Virus record (IMG/VR): IMGVR_UViG_2579778894_000011
Length of the DNA stretch: 4,270 nt
Source of the DNA: a virus
Lineage: Duplodnaviria > Heunggongvirae > Uroviricota > Caudoviricetes
Strand: one strand, 5' to 3'
The notes beneath the pieces were generated by a model. The model was given only the letters and a program-made list of their open reading frames with translations. It was not told the DNA's origin and searched no databases. A program made the position numbers and the translations under genes. Positions 4,181-4,270 of this stretch are shown here, one piece after another. The first letter of the stretch is position 1; each line of letters starts with the position of its first letter.

Positions 4181-4270
4181 GGAAGGTGCGAACAAGTCCC
4201 TGATATGAGATCATGTTTGTCATCTGGAGCCATGGAACAGGGTTCATCATGAGTCATCAACTTACCTTCG
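4181..4270 (+). mobile_element. IS5 left end (terminal inverted repeat GGAAGGTGCGAACAAG at 4181..4196), continuing beyond the window
   Basis: The sequence from 4181, ggaaggtgcgaacaagtccctgatatgagatcatgtttgtcatctggagccatggaacagggttcatcATGagtcatcaacttaccttcg, matches my recollection of the IS5 terminus and the start of its transposase. It is immediately preceded by TTAG (4177..4180), which fits the IS5 target preference (YTAR). Confidence 0.85.
4249..4270 (+). CDS. insH: IS5 transposase InsH, first 7 codons only (MSHQLTF...); truncated by the window edge
   Basis: ATG at 4249 followed by codons for SHQLTF, matching the N-terminus of the IS5 transposase as I recall it (MSHQLTFADSEF...). Confidence 0.8.

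Overview
This window reads as the immunity and replication core of a lambdoid cryptic prophage of the E. coli Qin/Kim (dicA-dicC-dicB) type, cut off at the right edge by an IS5 insertion. I see no convincing evidence of an undescribed system; most of the window is accounted for by known elements. All identifications rest on recalled sequences and reading the window by eye, with no database search run. Minus strand, right to left: the CI-like repressor DicA (1483..1890), then a promoter and the tightly packed small-protein operon ydfA (1161..1316), ydfB (1031..1159, too short for the ORF track) and ydfC (783..1001). This is followed by a structured untranslated stretch of about 340 nt, the DicF sRNA (about 389..441) with a GC-rich 3' end and T-run, and dicB (26..214; the track ORF 26..319 over-extends the N-terminus). 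Plus strand, diverging from dicA: the Cro-like DicC (1974..2204), a YdaT-family (CII-like) protein (2188..2709), a replication-initiator protein (about 2690..3655) with iteron-like repeats and an AT-rich repeat block inside the gene (3062..3190) that looks like an embedded origin, and a 140-aa protein of unknown function (3696..4118, GTG start). The IS5 left end starts at 4181 with the first codons of its transposase at 4249..4270. The dicA-dicC intergenic region and the region upstream of ydfA share a palindrome family, TTAGY-N4-RCTAA, which I take to be candidate DicA operators. No tRNA, rRNA or CRISPR array is visible. The 25 nt left of dicB are too short to call.
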